The position numbers and the translations under genes are program-made. A stretch of DNA of 64,000 bases from Octopus sinensis (lineage: Eukaryota): the NCBI RefSeq assembly GCF_006345805.1, contig NC_043007.1, positions 12,648,001 to 12,712,000 of the forward strand, in the 5' to 3' direction. The notes beneath the pieces were generated by a model that was not told the origin of the DNA, searched no databases, and saw only the letters and a list, made by a program, of their open reading frames with translations. Position 1 is the first letter of the stretch. The number at the start of each line of letters is the position of its first letter. Of this stretch, positions 49,348 to 61,549 are shown in pieces.

Positions 49348-50730
49348 TTAGAGTGGAGGCAGAATAACATTGCAGTTTACCGAGAGTTTTTAATGCACTT
49401 CTTTGGTGGTTTCCCCTTATGGTAAATGTATATATTTTTAAAGATATTTTTACACAATTATAATGGAAAAGAATTCACATAAATCAAATAAACGGATAAA
49501 TGTAGAGTGTGTGTGTGTGTGTGTTTTGTTTTGTTTTTTTTAAAGTTTCAGCTCAGAGCTGTGGCCATGCTGATGCAGTCCTCAGTCCAACCCATGCTAG
49601 CATGGACAGCGGACATTAAACGATGATGATGATGATGCATTGTCTCATAGCTTTGAGATTTCAATGATGCGGTTGTATATTTTTAAAATAACATTGTAGG
49701 GCAGGTGTGAGAGGCCAGATCCGGCCAATTTAAATGCCAAAGGATTAAACTGGTTTAAAAAACCATTGCCAATAACAACAACAACAACAAAATTGTTTTA
49801 TTAACCTCTATAAAAAATTTTGTATGAATGATTGAGATGTTTGTGATAGAAGTAGATTGTCATGAAAGGTTTTGGTTGGTGCTTGTCAAAAGATTTATGA
49901 TCCCATTTGGTTTATTCTATGTACTAAATCTGACACATTTACAACTGCTTAAAAAAACTTCTTTAACGATCATGAATTTTGACCGACTAAAAATATTTTT
50001 GTGATATTTTTTCTTTTTTTTTTTTTTCTGCTATGTGATGTTACATAAAAAATTTTTTTCAACAGAAAATACCTTTGAGCATTTAGCTTAATAATGCCTT
50101 TTCACCTGAGCTAGTGAGTATTATGAAAGGAGCACACTTTGTATTATGGTTGGCAACATTAAGAAAGGTATCCAAGTAAAGAAACTAGGCCAAAGCAGAC
50201 ACTGGAGTTTGAAACAGGCCCTCCAGGTATTCAGATCCTGTTGAACCAGTCAACCCTTGCCGCCATGGAAGACAGATGTTAGCTGATGATAATGATCATG
50301 TTGGTGACAATAATGTGTGTCATTGGATGTCTGTAGCAGAGAGTTCACTCTGTTGCAAACATTTAGACCAGCTCTCCAGCCTGCCACTGACCAATGAATT
50401 GTGGTTTCTGCCTCTCTGTTTCCTTAACAGTCATGGAGACTCTATAAAAGGAAGTTGTGGGCCCTGCTTTTCTTCCTTTTCTGATTGATAATATTTTTTA
50501 ATATAATACATTGTAAGTACAATGAAAGAAGACAGAAGCTTCTGTATTTTACTGATGAGTTAATTTAAATATAATATAGACAGGACAGTAGTTGAAGTTT
50601 TATTAGAAAATGTCATATATAATGAAAATGTGTGTAGCAGAATACAAAGGAATGAAAGATTAGACTTCAAAAATAGTTTGATGAAATTTCTCTCTCTCTC
50701 TCTCTCACGCACGCATGCACACACACACAC

Positions 50731-50765
<35 letters not shown>

Positions 50766-50830
50766 GCATGTGTACTGTTGGCGATTTTTTTTCCTCCATC
50801 TTCCCTTCCTTGGATCTTTCCTTTTCCTAT

Positions 50831-50865
50831 GTTTCTGACGAAGAGCTCCGCTCGAAACATTAAAT
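50831..50865 (+). ncRNA. Minimal type-I hammerhead-ribozyme-like motif (same repeat family as 36686)
   Basis: GTTT-CTGACGA-A-GAGC(TCC)GCTC-GAA-ACAT-T-AAAT. Confidence 0.55.
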
Positions 50866-50993
50866 CCTCCTCTTTCTTTCCTTTCCTGAGCGTCCAATAA
50901 CACTATACTTGTTCCACGTCCTCGTGTTGTTGTGTTTTCATTTTTGGATTAACTTTATGTATGTGTGTGTGTGTGTATATACATACATACACA

Positions 50994-51219
50994 CAGTAAT
51001 CTCTCACTATATCATGGTTCACTTATTGAGGTTTATTATTTAAGCTTATGTCAATTCTTCCGTGGTGTTCTTTTGTATTTATAGTAAAATAAATATATAC
51101 AAATTTTTAATATAATAATAAAAAATATACAGTACAGTACTGTTTCTACTTCGTGGATTTTCACCTATCAAAGGGGGGTGGGGTGGAACGCAACACCAGT
51201 GATAGTCGAGGGATTACTG
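50994..51219. mobile_element. pogo/Tigger-type MITE
   Basis: TIRs CAGTAATCTCTC-ACTAT / ATAGTCGAGGGATTACTG, followed by TA on the right. Confidence 0.7.
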
Positions 51220-51350
51220 TAAACATATAATTTCTAATTATGTGCCTTTTACAAAAGAAATAGAAAATGTAGCTGAAATTCAAGAATATTACGTAAAACC
51301 TAGAAAATTAACATTAAAATATCTAGTTCAAACCATTGTTATATTTTTAT

Positions 51351-51399
<49 letters not shown>

Positions 51400-51499
51400 C
51401 ATTTAAGTCCTATTAGAAATGCATTCTGTTTCTTTTAAAATACTTTGTTTACTTTCCTTTTTCTTTTACTGGTTACTTCAGTGAAATTTAGAAAATATA

Positions 51500-52100
51500 G
51501 GCGTAGGAGTGGCTATGTGGTAAGGAGCTTGCTTCCAAACCACATGGTTCCGGGTTCAGTCCCACTGCGTGGCACCTTGGGCAAGTGTCTTCTACGATAG
51601 TCTCAGGCCGGCCAAAGCCTTGTGAGTGGATTTGGTAGGCGGAAACTGAAAGAAGCTCATCATATATATGTATATGTACATATATATATATATATCGTCT
51701 GTCGTTATGTTCTGAGTTCAAATTCCGCCGAGGTCGACTTTGCCTTTCATCCTTTCGGGGTCGATAAATAAAGTACCAGTTGCATACTGGGGTCGATGTA
51801 ATCGACTTAATCACTTTGTCTGTCCTTGTTTGTTCCCTCTATGTTTAGCCCCTTGTGGGCAATAAAGAAATATATATATATATGTGCTTGTATATGTTTG
51901 TGTGTCTGTGTTTGTCCCCTCACCATCGCTGGACAACCGATGCTGGTGTGTTTACGTTACCCGTAACTTAGCAGTTCGGCAAAAGAGACCTATAGAATAA
52001 GTACAAAGGTTACAAAGAATAAGCCCTGAGGTTGATTTGCTCGACTAAAGGCAGTGCTCCAGCATGGCCACAGTCAAATGGCTGAAACAAGTAAAAGAGT
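51500..52100 (+). mobile_element. SINE family A with a 5'-truncated family C SINE (~51695-51872) inside its (TA)n
   Basis: Family A halves flank a family C body. Confidence 0.85.
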
Positions 52101-53747
52101 ATAGAGAGGCTAAAGCATATCAGAAGTTTTTGTTTCTCCGACAAGCAACGTGTCTCTTTGCGTATGCACCCTATACATGACAGTCACATTTAATTTTTTT
52201 TTTAAGAATATATATTTAGCTATTTATATTTATTTATATTTGCATATTCATGTTTGCGCTTATTATACTTCCTTCTCCATTCAAGTAGTCGTCTTGTCCC
52301 AATGAATCACAAAATATGTTTATATTGTAGATGGAACAACACAGAAAAATGAGGTTAATTTTGGCAGTTAACATAATGGCACTGAATGGCAAATTGTACT
52401 GGTACAAAAACAGTACCAAAAAAAAAAAAAAAGAAAGAAAGAAAGAAAACACACAAAGTTTTCATTATTTGATAAAAATGTTTTATTTGCCTTCCAGTAC
52501 TGAAATAAAGTATTTAAATTAAACAACAGGAGTGAAATGTATTGTGCTTTTGTGTCAGTATGAATTTAACAAGACAGTTTGTACAATCCACTTCCTAGCA
52601 ACACGACACTTTTTCCTGGAGCATTCATCATCCAATTACAGACGTTTATTCGGCAAAATAGTATATATTTTTTTAATGTTTTATGTAAAGTTATATTTTT
52701 TATGTTACGGTATATTTTAAGGCTTTTTTCTTTGAAAATTTAAGTAGCTTAATCTTTCGCTTTATTACACATATAAGTTCAGTACAATTCTGAGTTTGGT
52801 TCTACAATTCTGAGCGTGGCACCTTGGGTAAGTGTCTTCGATAGCCTTGAGCCAACCAAAGCCTTGTGAGCGGAATTGGTAGATGGAAACTAAAAGGAAG
52901 CTTGGATATAGATATATGTGTTTGTGTCTCCTTGCCTGGATATTGGGTGATAGTTGTAAACAAGTGTCACTGTCATACAAGTGGTGCCTTTCATTTCCAG
53001 TCTTCCATGAAAATATGTCTGGCCGTGGGGTGGTGGTGGTGGAATACTGCATTGCTTGGAAACGGGTGCAGGTTGATTACAGGAAGGACATCCAGCTGTA
53101 GGAAATTCACCTCAGCAAAATACTGTGCGACCCATGCAATCATGGAAAAGTGGATGTTAAAACGATGACACAACACAGTGATTGTCATCATCAAAAAAAA
53201 CCCTCCTTAGACAAATTTATCCCACCACAACATTACACTTCATGTCTTGATCCTTTGTCATGTGATACACTCAGCAACACAAAAATAAAAATAAGTGGAC
53301 CTGTTGCCACTTTGTCGTGCAGGTCAAGGATTTCCCAACCTGAAACCCTTCCTATTGCCAACCACTTTGCATCACAGTCTCAAAGTTATCAACAATAAAA
53401 ATGTTGTCAGCCAAAACCAAAACACCCACTGCTACCTGGCACCAGCTTCTATTCAATTTGCTGCCACTTGTTGAGTTCTCATCTCTTCCATACCTTACGA
53501 TAGGAAAACTACTGCTTATGAAGGGAGAAGCTCTAACTACACAAGAATGAGGGTCTGTAGAGAGGGAGGGGAGGGACTCAAGTCTGGGCTCATCTCTTAG
53601 AATAACTTTTTTTTTAACCATTTGCATTTTCTAGACTGACACTAGGAATTCAACTTAGCACCCATTGGCTGGCACTGTACTTGTCAATTTTACAATGCCT
53701 ATGGGTTAATGAGTTTAGTTTTCCATTGTATGTTAAATATTTCTGAT

Positions 53748-53965
53748 GATACACATATATATGTTTGTATATGTATGCGTGTGTATGTATGTTTATGTGT
53801 GTGTATGTATATATGTATGTATGTGTATCTGTGTATGTATGTATGTATGTATATATGTATGTGTATCTGTGTATGTATATATGTGTGTGTATGTGTATAT
53901 ATGTGTATGCATGTACGGTGTGTATGTATGTATATATCTGTGTATGTGTGCATGGTTGTGTGTGT
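53748..53965. repeat. Compound (TG/TA/TATG)n low-complexity repeat
   Basis: Visible in sequence; explains the Y/V/C/M-rich ORFs here. Confidence 0.9.
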
Positions 53966-54278
53966 TACTGTTTCGTTGCCTTAATACTGTTGAAAGCCAA
54001 TGTCAGAAATGCAGGTGTTCTTCATTTCCAGTCTTCCAAAACAGTAATGGGGGGAAATATTACCTTACTTGAAAAACAGGTCAGGATTGGCAACAGGAAG
54101 GCCAAATCTGCCTTGACAAATTTCATCCAACCCATGCAAGCATGAAAAAGTGGATGTTAAACAGTCATAATGAGTCTCTGAGATGACAGTTTTTTTATTT
54201 GTACTTGACATAATGTGATCTGTTTCGTTTCATTTTCCGACATTTATTTTAATTAATTTTTTTTTTTTTCATTTCCAG

Positions 54279-54416
54279 GCTCAAAAACCATGGATGAAGC
54301 GTTATAATAAATTAATGGTTGCCAAAAAGGAATACCATTCTGCATGCAAACAAGAAAGAAGTACAGCTAATCAAGAAAACAATGCCAAAGGTGACCCTTC
54401 AGTTCCTGTGGATCAA
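54279..54416 (+). CDS. PACSIN: PACSIN coding exon 3
   Basis: Poly-T tract and CCAG acceptor; AQKPWMKRYNKLMVAKKEYHSACKQE...PVDQ (AQKPW is typical of PACSIN); donor GTAAGC at 54417; 138 nt, phase 0-0. Confidence 0.95.
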
Positions 54417-54504
54417 GTAAGCTTTCATCTGTTTATTATTTGCCTAGAATTTTGTTTCATTTTCAATTTATTCCTAAATAGCTAACAATCAAAGTTCAAG
54501 TAAC

Positions 54505-54885
54505 AATTCGGTGCGATACCAGTGCAGAATCACCTCCCTCCGACAAGTCACCCCAACGAGACGTCTGCGTTAGGTGGGTCATGCCCTCCGTCGTCAACCA
54601 GGAGAATTCATCTACGAAGCAATTGCCCCAGCTCCCCTTCAGGGTTGGCGAAAGCGATGTGGTGGACAACGAAAAACCTGGCTGATAACAGTTAAGGCTG
54701 ATCTGGAACCCAACCTAGGTCCCCATGTCTACAGCGTTCACCGCTGGAAAAAGGAGTGGTTGGAGATCATGTGGTCGTTAGCCTCAAATCGCCAGGTCTG
54801 GTTGGCGTTTGTGAGAGATGCAGCATTGAGGATGAATGAAGCCAGCTCAACCCACCCCGGGTGAATGCTGTCTCAAGACAAGAAG
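54505..54885 (+). mobile_element. 5'-truncated RTE-clade LINE 3' end
   Basis: RRLR*VGHALRR...GGQRKTW...W..LA.NR..W RTE C-terminal pattern with an in-frame stop; CAAGA-like tail; AAGTAAC direct repeats at 54498-54504 and 54886-54892. Confidence 0.8.
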
Positions 54886-55098
54886 AAGTAACCTTCCACA
54901 TCCAAGCACCATCTAGATGCAACATAGACATGCATTTTTGACATTAAATCTGCTCTGAATGTGAGTGTAGCAGCAGTGCCATCAAAAACGAGAAAGAGAG
55001 AGCAATTCTTGTTATGGGTTACCCATGAACTTTGTAGAGAGAGAGCAAACCTCTGCCAAGGCAACACCAACATCCTCTCAATGATTAGCTAGGGATAA

Positions 55099-55476
55099 TC
55101 TCTATATATATATATAAACGGCAAAATGTCTGTGTGTGTGTGTGTGCATGTCCTTTATACAAATCCATAATTTTTCAGTTAGAGGGCTCGCACTTTATAT
55201 GGTTATTCAAAACCGTCCAAGGGTGGTCGTGCACATCTTTACATTTCTCCAGTCACCCCGCAAAGCCATTAAAAAATCAATAGAAGTAACGTTTTTGTGA
55301 ATTTTCTGTCCAAAACCCAATCAAAATGCCCGAAACTTGATACGCCAATTGCATGCCAGCTAGCCGTATGTGATTGGTCGGAGATTTGGACAGTACTCGC
55401 GTGTATGTGCACACGCATGCAGCTGTATATGCATGCACTAGCACTATGACTTGGCGTTGCTGGGTCATAGTGCTAG
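55099..55476 (+). mobile_element. Non-autonomous Helitron
   Basis: A|TCTCTATATA...(GT)n...CTAG|T with terminal palindrome 55438-55476. Confidence 0.83.
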
Positions 55477-56113
55477 TTTTTAAAATGAGAATATCTGAAA
55501 TAAACTTGACTGCTCTCACAAACAAGAATACTGAAAATGAACCTGACCCCCTCTCAAAAATTTTAAAATGCAGGAAAAATAATCAAGAATCCTTGTCCGG
55601 TACTGGATCGTTCCCAAAATCCAATCAGTTTGTGCCAGTCATGAGGCCAAACGTTCCTGAAAGTTTCATCTGAATCCATTCAGCAGCCCTTGAGATATCT
55701 TGTCTACAAACAAACAAACAAACAAACAAACATGACTGAAAACAATACTTCCGCCTTCGCAGTTGTTGATGGCTGTGTCTGTTTATGAGATGAATATGGC
55801 CAAATGGATAAGAAGGTAACTTCTGAGTCACAAGATTCAGGGTTCAATCCGACTCCCACTACAAATGTCTTTTGCTCTTGTCTTGAATCACCTCAAACCT
55901 TGGGTAGATGGAAACTGTATAGAAGCTCTGTAGGTAGATTGTACCTGTAATTTTAAAAGTCCAGCTTTATCACATTGAGTCACACTGACTTTATCTGAGC
56001 ATTTACACCAAGGTTACACGTCTGTGGAAATCTCGACCGCCCACAACGATAATTCTGTGAGTTTGGTAGTTCAGTTGAGCAAATAACTGAAAATGGCTGT
56101 AATCCATTTATAT

Positions 56114-56147
<34 letters not shown>

Positions 56148-57397
56148 TTTGTGTTTATTTTGTAGCATAAAAAAAAATGAAATTGTTCAATACTAACTTT
56201 TGTTAAAAGTGTGTTAGTCTGATGTATAAAGTGTAAAGTCAATAAAGATTATATTTCTGAATAACAATCAGCCTGTTGGTCAATTGTACACATCACCATA
56301 TTGAGAAGATTCACATGAAGCAAGCACACACACACACATTGACAATTACATAGTATTGCATTTATATTAGTCATGTGTTGGATTTTTTTTTAAATATAAA
56401 ATAATGAGCAAAACGCCCCGTCCAATGGACAGTGCTGAGTTATCAAACATTTAAACCAAATTTTCTCAAAACAACTTGTCCAACCATCCCATAGGCCTCC
56501 TCTTTGAGAAACACTGATTTAACCTAAATTTGAGACATATGCGTAGTATTGATCGCAGCAGCTGATGTACTTGCACATATGAATGTACGTTCCCACGGCT
56601 TTATCGATCGTATTCTCACCTGGAATCGATTTTTGTAATTTTTTCAAGATTTATACATGCCCTGATACCGTCGGTATCTACATATCAAATTTGATCACAA
56701 TCGGATGGAGGATGCTCGAGATCCTAGAAGACACACACACAGACAGACAGGCAGAACGGATTTTATATAATAAATATGTGCTTTAAATGTGTTTTAATCC
56801 AACAAGTATATAAAATAGATATTCAATTTGATTTACCATGATATTCCTTTGCCCCCTTTTTTTCTCTCTCTTCTCCTCTTATGTGACCGCTGGTCAACCA
56901 GCCTTTCAGCTTCTAACCAGCGCCTTGAGATTTTCGTTGTCTTCGTCTGCCGAAAAAGGCATTTTTTTCCAAAATACGCCAGCTAAACTAAGTTGTACTG
57001 TCCATTAGTTGTAAGACACCCGCTGTTTTTGTCCTGTTTTTACTATTATTGTTTTTTGTATATTATATTCGTGTGGCATTGTCCGTTTTTCTGTCCCTGT
57101 TTCGTATACATTTGATCCATTTTCCAAGAAATCTAATGCTCGTAGCTTAGTTTTTCCTTGGGGCTGGCCGGATCGGAGCGATCTCAAGATTAATCAGCCG
57201 AAATTGCTAGGATGATCCGGTTCTTGACTGAAGATCGAAGGCTTCGAATGTCCCGTCCGTGTTTTTTGTATCGTCTTCTAAATGTTTTACGTTCTTGTCC
57301 CAGTTTGTATTTTTCTACATATAATAATAAATATATATTTATATATATTGTTATCACAATTCTTATTTCTTTTTTTTTCTTTTCTTTTCTTTTTAAG

Positions 57398-57523
57398 GTA
57401 AAAAAACTTGGCGAGAAATTAACAAAGTGTAAGGGTGAAGTGGAAGCATCGAGAGATAAGTACAAAGCTGCATTGCATGACCTGAACAGTTATAATCCTA
57501 AATATATTGAAGAGATGACTTTT
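57398..57523 (+). CDS. PACSIN: PACSIN coding exon 4
   Basis: Long pyrimidine tract and AAG acceptor; VKKLGEKLTKCKGEVEASRDKYKAALHDLNSYNPKYIEEMTF; donor GTAAGT at 57524; 126 nt, phase 0-0. Confidence 0.93.
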
Positions 57524-58050
57524 GTAAGTAACAGACTCTTTGCAGCTTTTTATGTCCATCCGTTCACCCATTTTCTCTATCCACTTTTCCTAGAAGAGTC
57601 ATTAGGGTAGAGTCCTCCAATCAGAAGCAACCATCACTTGACTTTCTGCCCATCTTTTTAACCCTTTAGCATTCAGGTTATTCTCTCAAATGCTCTGCTT
57701 ATTTATTCACATTGTTGCAAATTAATCATGCATTATCTTGTGGCTCCACAACTTGAGCTGGCATGGAACATGGATGTTAAATAGTGTGTTGGTAGTGAGA
57801 AGGGTCTAGGTATAAAGTTAGATAAAGTATACTTAAGTTTCCTTTGATTGACAGTGCTATTCAGTTAAAATTCTGTCCTCAGCCTTGTTTTTTCATATCT
57901 GAACAAAAATGCAACCATTGTACACACCAAAGGAACAATCTTGCAGTGGAAACCATCCTTTCTCATGAATAAAATGTAACTCAAAATCTTACAGTCTGTA
58001 AAGTAGTGGGGTTTTTTTTACTCTCAAAAGGATGAAAGGTAAAGCTTACC

Positions 58051-58270
58051 TATTTCTTTACTACCTACAAGGGGCTAAACACAGAGAGGACAGACAAATG
58101 GATTAAGTCGAGTACATCAACCCCAGTGCATAACTGGTACTTAATTTATCGACCCCGAAAGGATGAAAGGCAAGTCAACCTCGGCGGAATTTGAACCCAG
58201 AACGTAATGACAGATGAAGTACGGCTACACATTTTGCCCGGCGTGCTAACGTTTCTGCCAGCTCGCCGCC
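58051..58270 (-). mobile_element. SINE family C with 18-bp TSD (1 mismatch)
   Basis: TGAAAGGTAAAGCTTACC at 58033-58050 and TGAAAGGCAAAGCTTACC at 58271-58288. Confidence 0.86.
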
Positions 58271-60151
58271 TGAAAGGCAAAGCTTACCATGGCATGGTTT
58301 GAACCCAGGGAGCAAAGTGCTAAAATGTATATAACAAGATATGCCACACAGAAGCAATAACAAATGACTGAGACTGTTGGCAAAATGCTGTGCTTGAGAA
58401 GGAATCCCCATGAAGCCGAGTGAAATCGTAGTTGTGGCAGATACTGATTCATCCATCTTCTGACTTAGATAGCTGACATAATTTTGGTAAAACAGGTTAT
58501 TAGTGATAGCACAGTGCAGGCAGTTGTTCTTGATGGTGAGGAATCTCAGGAAAGAGAAGATATTGAGGGAACTATTTACATCTAAAAGTTCCCATATCTG
58601 TGCAGACATTCAGATAAGAAGTCTAGCCCCTACTGCCACAACCTTTTATTTATTTTTTATTTTTGTTTTTGGTATGGTAGTAAAGCATATGCAATACAGA
58701 AATATAGAGATAAGCCTTTATATCGATTGGAAAAGAAACACTTTGAATATGGTTCGTTCTTATGGAATGGGAACTTGAGAAACAAGTTGTGTTCTTGAGA
58801 AAATTAGATATGAGTACACAAGAATATTTGGGAAAAAAAGTAGTAAGATCTGGTCTGAGAAGACAGAATTTTTGCATATTTGTCCAGTTCATACCAGAAT
58901 AGTACGGTTAAAATGGTGGTGGTGGTGGTGGTGGTGGTGGTGACAAGTCTTTGCTCTTCATGTAGCATCACAGCAATTAGGTTTCCTTCTGGTTCAGTTG
59001 TCTTCACTAGTTTTTGCCTTTGATTGGTCGCTTATTTAACCCTTTAGCTTTGAAACTGGGCATATCTGGCCCAAATATTGTATTTGTTTTATGTTCATAA
59101 TGGCCAGATCCAGCCTCTCACGCCTACACTGCAATGCCATTGTTGTGTGGTAAGTAGCTTGCTTACCAACTACATGGTTCCGGGTTCAGTCCCACTGCGT
59201 GGCATCTTGGGCAAGTGTCTTCTGCTATAGCCTCGGGCCGACCAAAGCCTTGTGAGTGGATTTGGTAGACGGAAACTGAAAGAAGCCCATTGTATATATG
59301 TATATGTGTGTGTGTTTGTCCCCCCCCCCATATATACTCATATGCATGTGTGTGTGTGTATGTATGTATACACAAAGAGATGCTGGAAAGTTCCTGGCTT
59401 TTAGTAAAAAAAAATACAGGGGAATCAGTTAATTAGAATTTTATTCAACATGGATATTGTAGTTGTGATACCCATGCCAGTGGCACGTAGGGCCTCACAG
59501 AGGAAATGATGAAGATTGAGACCCCTGAGATATGCTGTGACTGTGAAGACCCGACAAATGAAGTGAGTTCATGGCTCGCAGGACGGCCTGCTGTGCCAAC
59601 CTTGGATCGTAGAGTGACCTGCTGCTTTTGAGGAGACCTATTGAGTCAAGTATGTCAACATCAACATCAAAATCAAATGGAAATTGTAGTTAAGACACCC
59701 GTGCCGGTGACACGTAAAAAGCACCGTCCAAACGTGGCAGATGCCAGATAACAATCAAATGGAAATTGTAGTTAAAACACCCGTGCCTCCATGGCTTACC
59801 AGACACCAGTCGAACCGTCCAACCCATGCTAGCATGGAAAACAGACGTTAAATGATGATGATGATATTCCTCTCTCAGATTCACACACTTATTGCAGCAG
59901 TCCTTTAATTTTTCTAAGCCCTGTAAAAGAACTTGGAATGTTGGAACTTTTCAGCTCCCCTTCATATGTATATATGAGCTTCTTTCAGTTTTTGCTTACT
60001 AGATCCATTTTCTCGAAACTATGTGGTTGGGGAGCAAACCCTTTAACCACACAACAGTACCTGTGCCTATATTGGTCGTTGTAAAATAACTTCCATCATT
60101 GTTTTTCTGAATTATTTAATTTTAAAAAAACAAATCTTTTCTTTCTTTCAG

Positions 60152-60252
60152 GTTTTTAATGAATGTCAAGAAATGGAACGAAGAAGATTAACATTTTTTA
60201 AACAGATGTTATTTGAAATTCATCAATGCTTGGATCTTTCACAGAACCAACG
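60152..60252 (+). CDS. PACSIN: PACSIN coding exon 5 (absent from ORF track)
   Basis: Acceptor ctttctttcag ending 60151; hand translation VFNECQEMERRRLTFFKQMLFEIHQCLDLSQNQ(R); donor GTAAAT at 60253, phase 2. Confidence 0.93.
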
Positions 60253-60774
60253 GTAAATTATTAAACTATCTTTATCTTTCAAGTAAATTTGCTCACATTT
60301 CAGCTGAATTAATGACACAGAATAAGCTTATAAAAAGAAAGATAGGGTAGTGGTTTGTAAAGTTTAACTTTTTTAAATACAACACAATTACTTTCGAATG
60401 CTTTAATTTTAAATCTTCATCTAAGGTCATGATTTTAAATATCTTGAAATTAAATCACAGATATTATTAGAAAAATTTCCTAACACCAACCACTCTGTAA
60501 GGTGGTTGGCATTAGGAAGGGCATTCAGCTGTAAAAACTCTACCGAAGCAGACAGTGAGTCTACCGAAGCAGACGGGGTGCAGTCTTTTGCTTAGCCAGC
60601 CACAGGTCAACAGGCCACGATCGTGGCCCAGATAGATGCATTTAATTTATGGGCGTGTTTTGAAATGTCTGTCAAGAGATAGTTCAACAAAGAACTTTTC
60701 AGATGATATAAAACTTGCCACCATTATATACTAAGAAGATATTTTAACTATTTTTTGTTTTTTATGTGTGCATA

Positions 60775-61168
60775 GCTGCAGGTGTGGCTGTGTGGTAAGT
60801 AGCTTGCTTACCAGCCACATGGTTCCAGGTTCAGTCCCACTACGTGGCACCTTGGACAAGTGTCTTCTAATATAGCCTCGGGCTGACCAAATCCTTGTGA
60901 GTGGATTTGGTAGATGGAAACTGAAAGAAGCCTGTCGTATATATGTATATATATATATGTATGTGTGTGTATATGTTTGTGTGTCTGTGTTTGTCCCCCC
61001 CAACATCGCTTGACAACCAATGGTGGTGTGTTTACGTCCCCGTAACTTAGCAGTTCGGCAAAAGAGACTGACTAGGCTTACAAAGAGTAAGTCCTGGGGT
61101 CGATTTGCCTGACTAAAGGCGGTGCTCCAGCATGGCCACAGTCAAATGACTGAAACGAGTAAAAGAGT
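60775..61168 (+). mobile_element. SINE family A
   Basis: Full-length-like copy in PACSIN intron 5; a partial copy lies at ~59145-59330. Confidence 0.88.
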
Positions 61169-61428
61169 ATGGTAGTCTCATTTTCATAAAATGTGCTCAG
61201 CAGTCCATGCTATGTAAGGGCAAATCCCAGCACTTTATGGGTTAAACTAATATTTCTTACCATTGCAGGAGCATTATTGATTAGATATTTTTCATTAAAT
61301 ATGGTGGCATTAACCTTATGTAAAAAAACAGGACAGCTTTATTTACAGAACATTCGATTTTTCTAATACAGAATCCAAAAAGTATTTTAAGAATCCTGTG
61401 TATTTATTTATTGTTCTTCAAATTTCAG

Positions 61429-61549
61429 ATTTGCTGAAATATATCGTCAGTTTTATCAAGAGATAAATTGTGCAGACTGTGAGAAAGATTTAAGGTGGTG
61501 GTCTAATATTTATGGTGCTGGAATGTCTATGAACTGGCCTGAATTTGTC
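61429..61549 (+). CDS. PACSIN: PACSIN coding exon 6 (end of F-BAR; absent from ORF track)
   Basis: Acceptor tttcag ending 61428; phase-2 junction gives R-FAEIYRQFYQEINCADCEKDLRWWSNIYGAGMSMNWPEFV (DLxWW...GxxMxWPxF PACSIN motif); donor GTAAGT at 61550. The gene continues beyond the window; no SH3 exon seen. Confidence 0.93.

Noticed and set aside
53699-54145. Y/V/C/M- and H/T/I-rich ORFs
   Set aside because: Products of compound microsatellite sequence.
57212-57610. 132-aa ORF as one exon (likewise 14897-15199, 47980-48219, 54294-54485)
   Set aside because: Only the splice-bounded parts resemble PACSIN; the extensions are intronic read-through.
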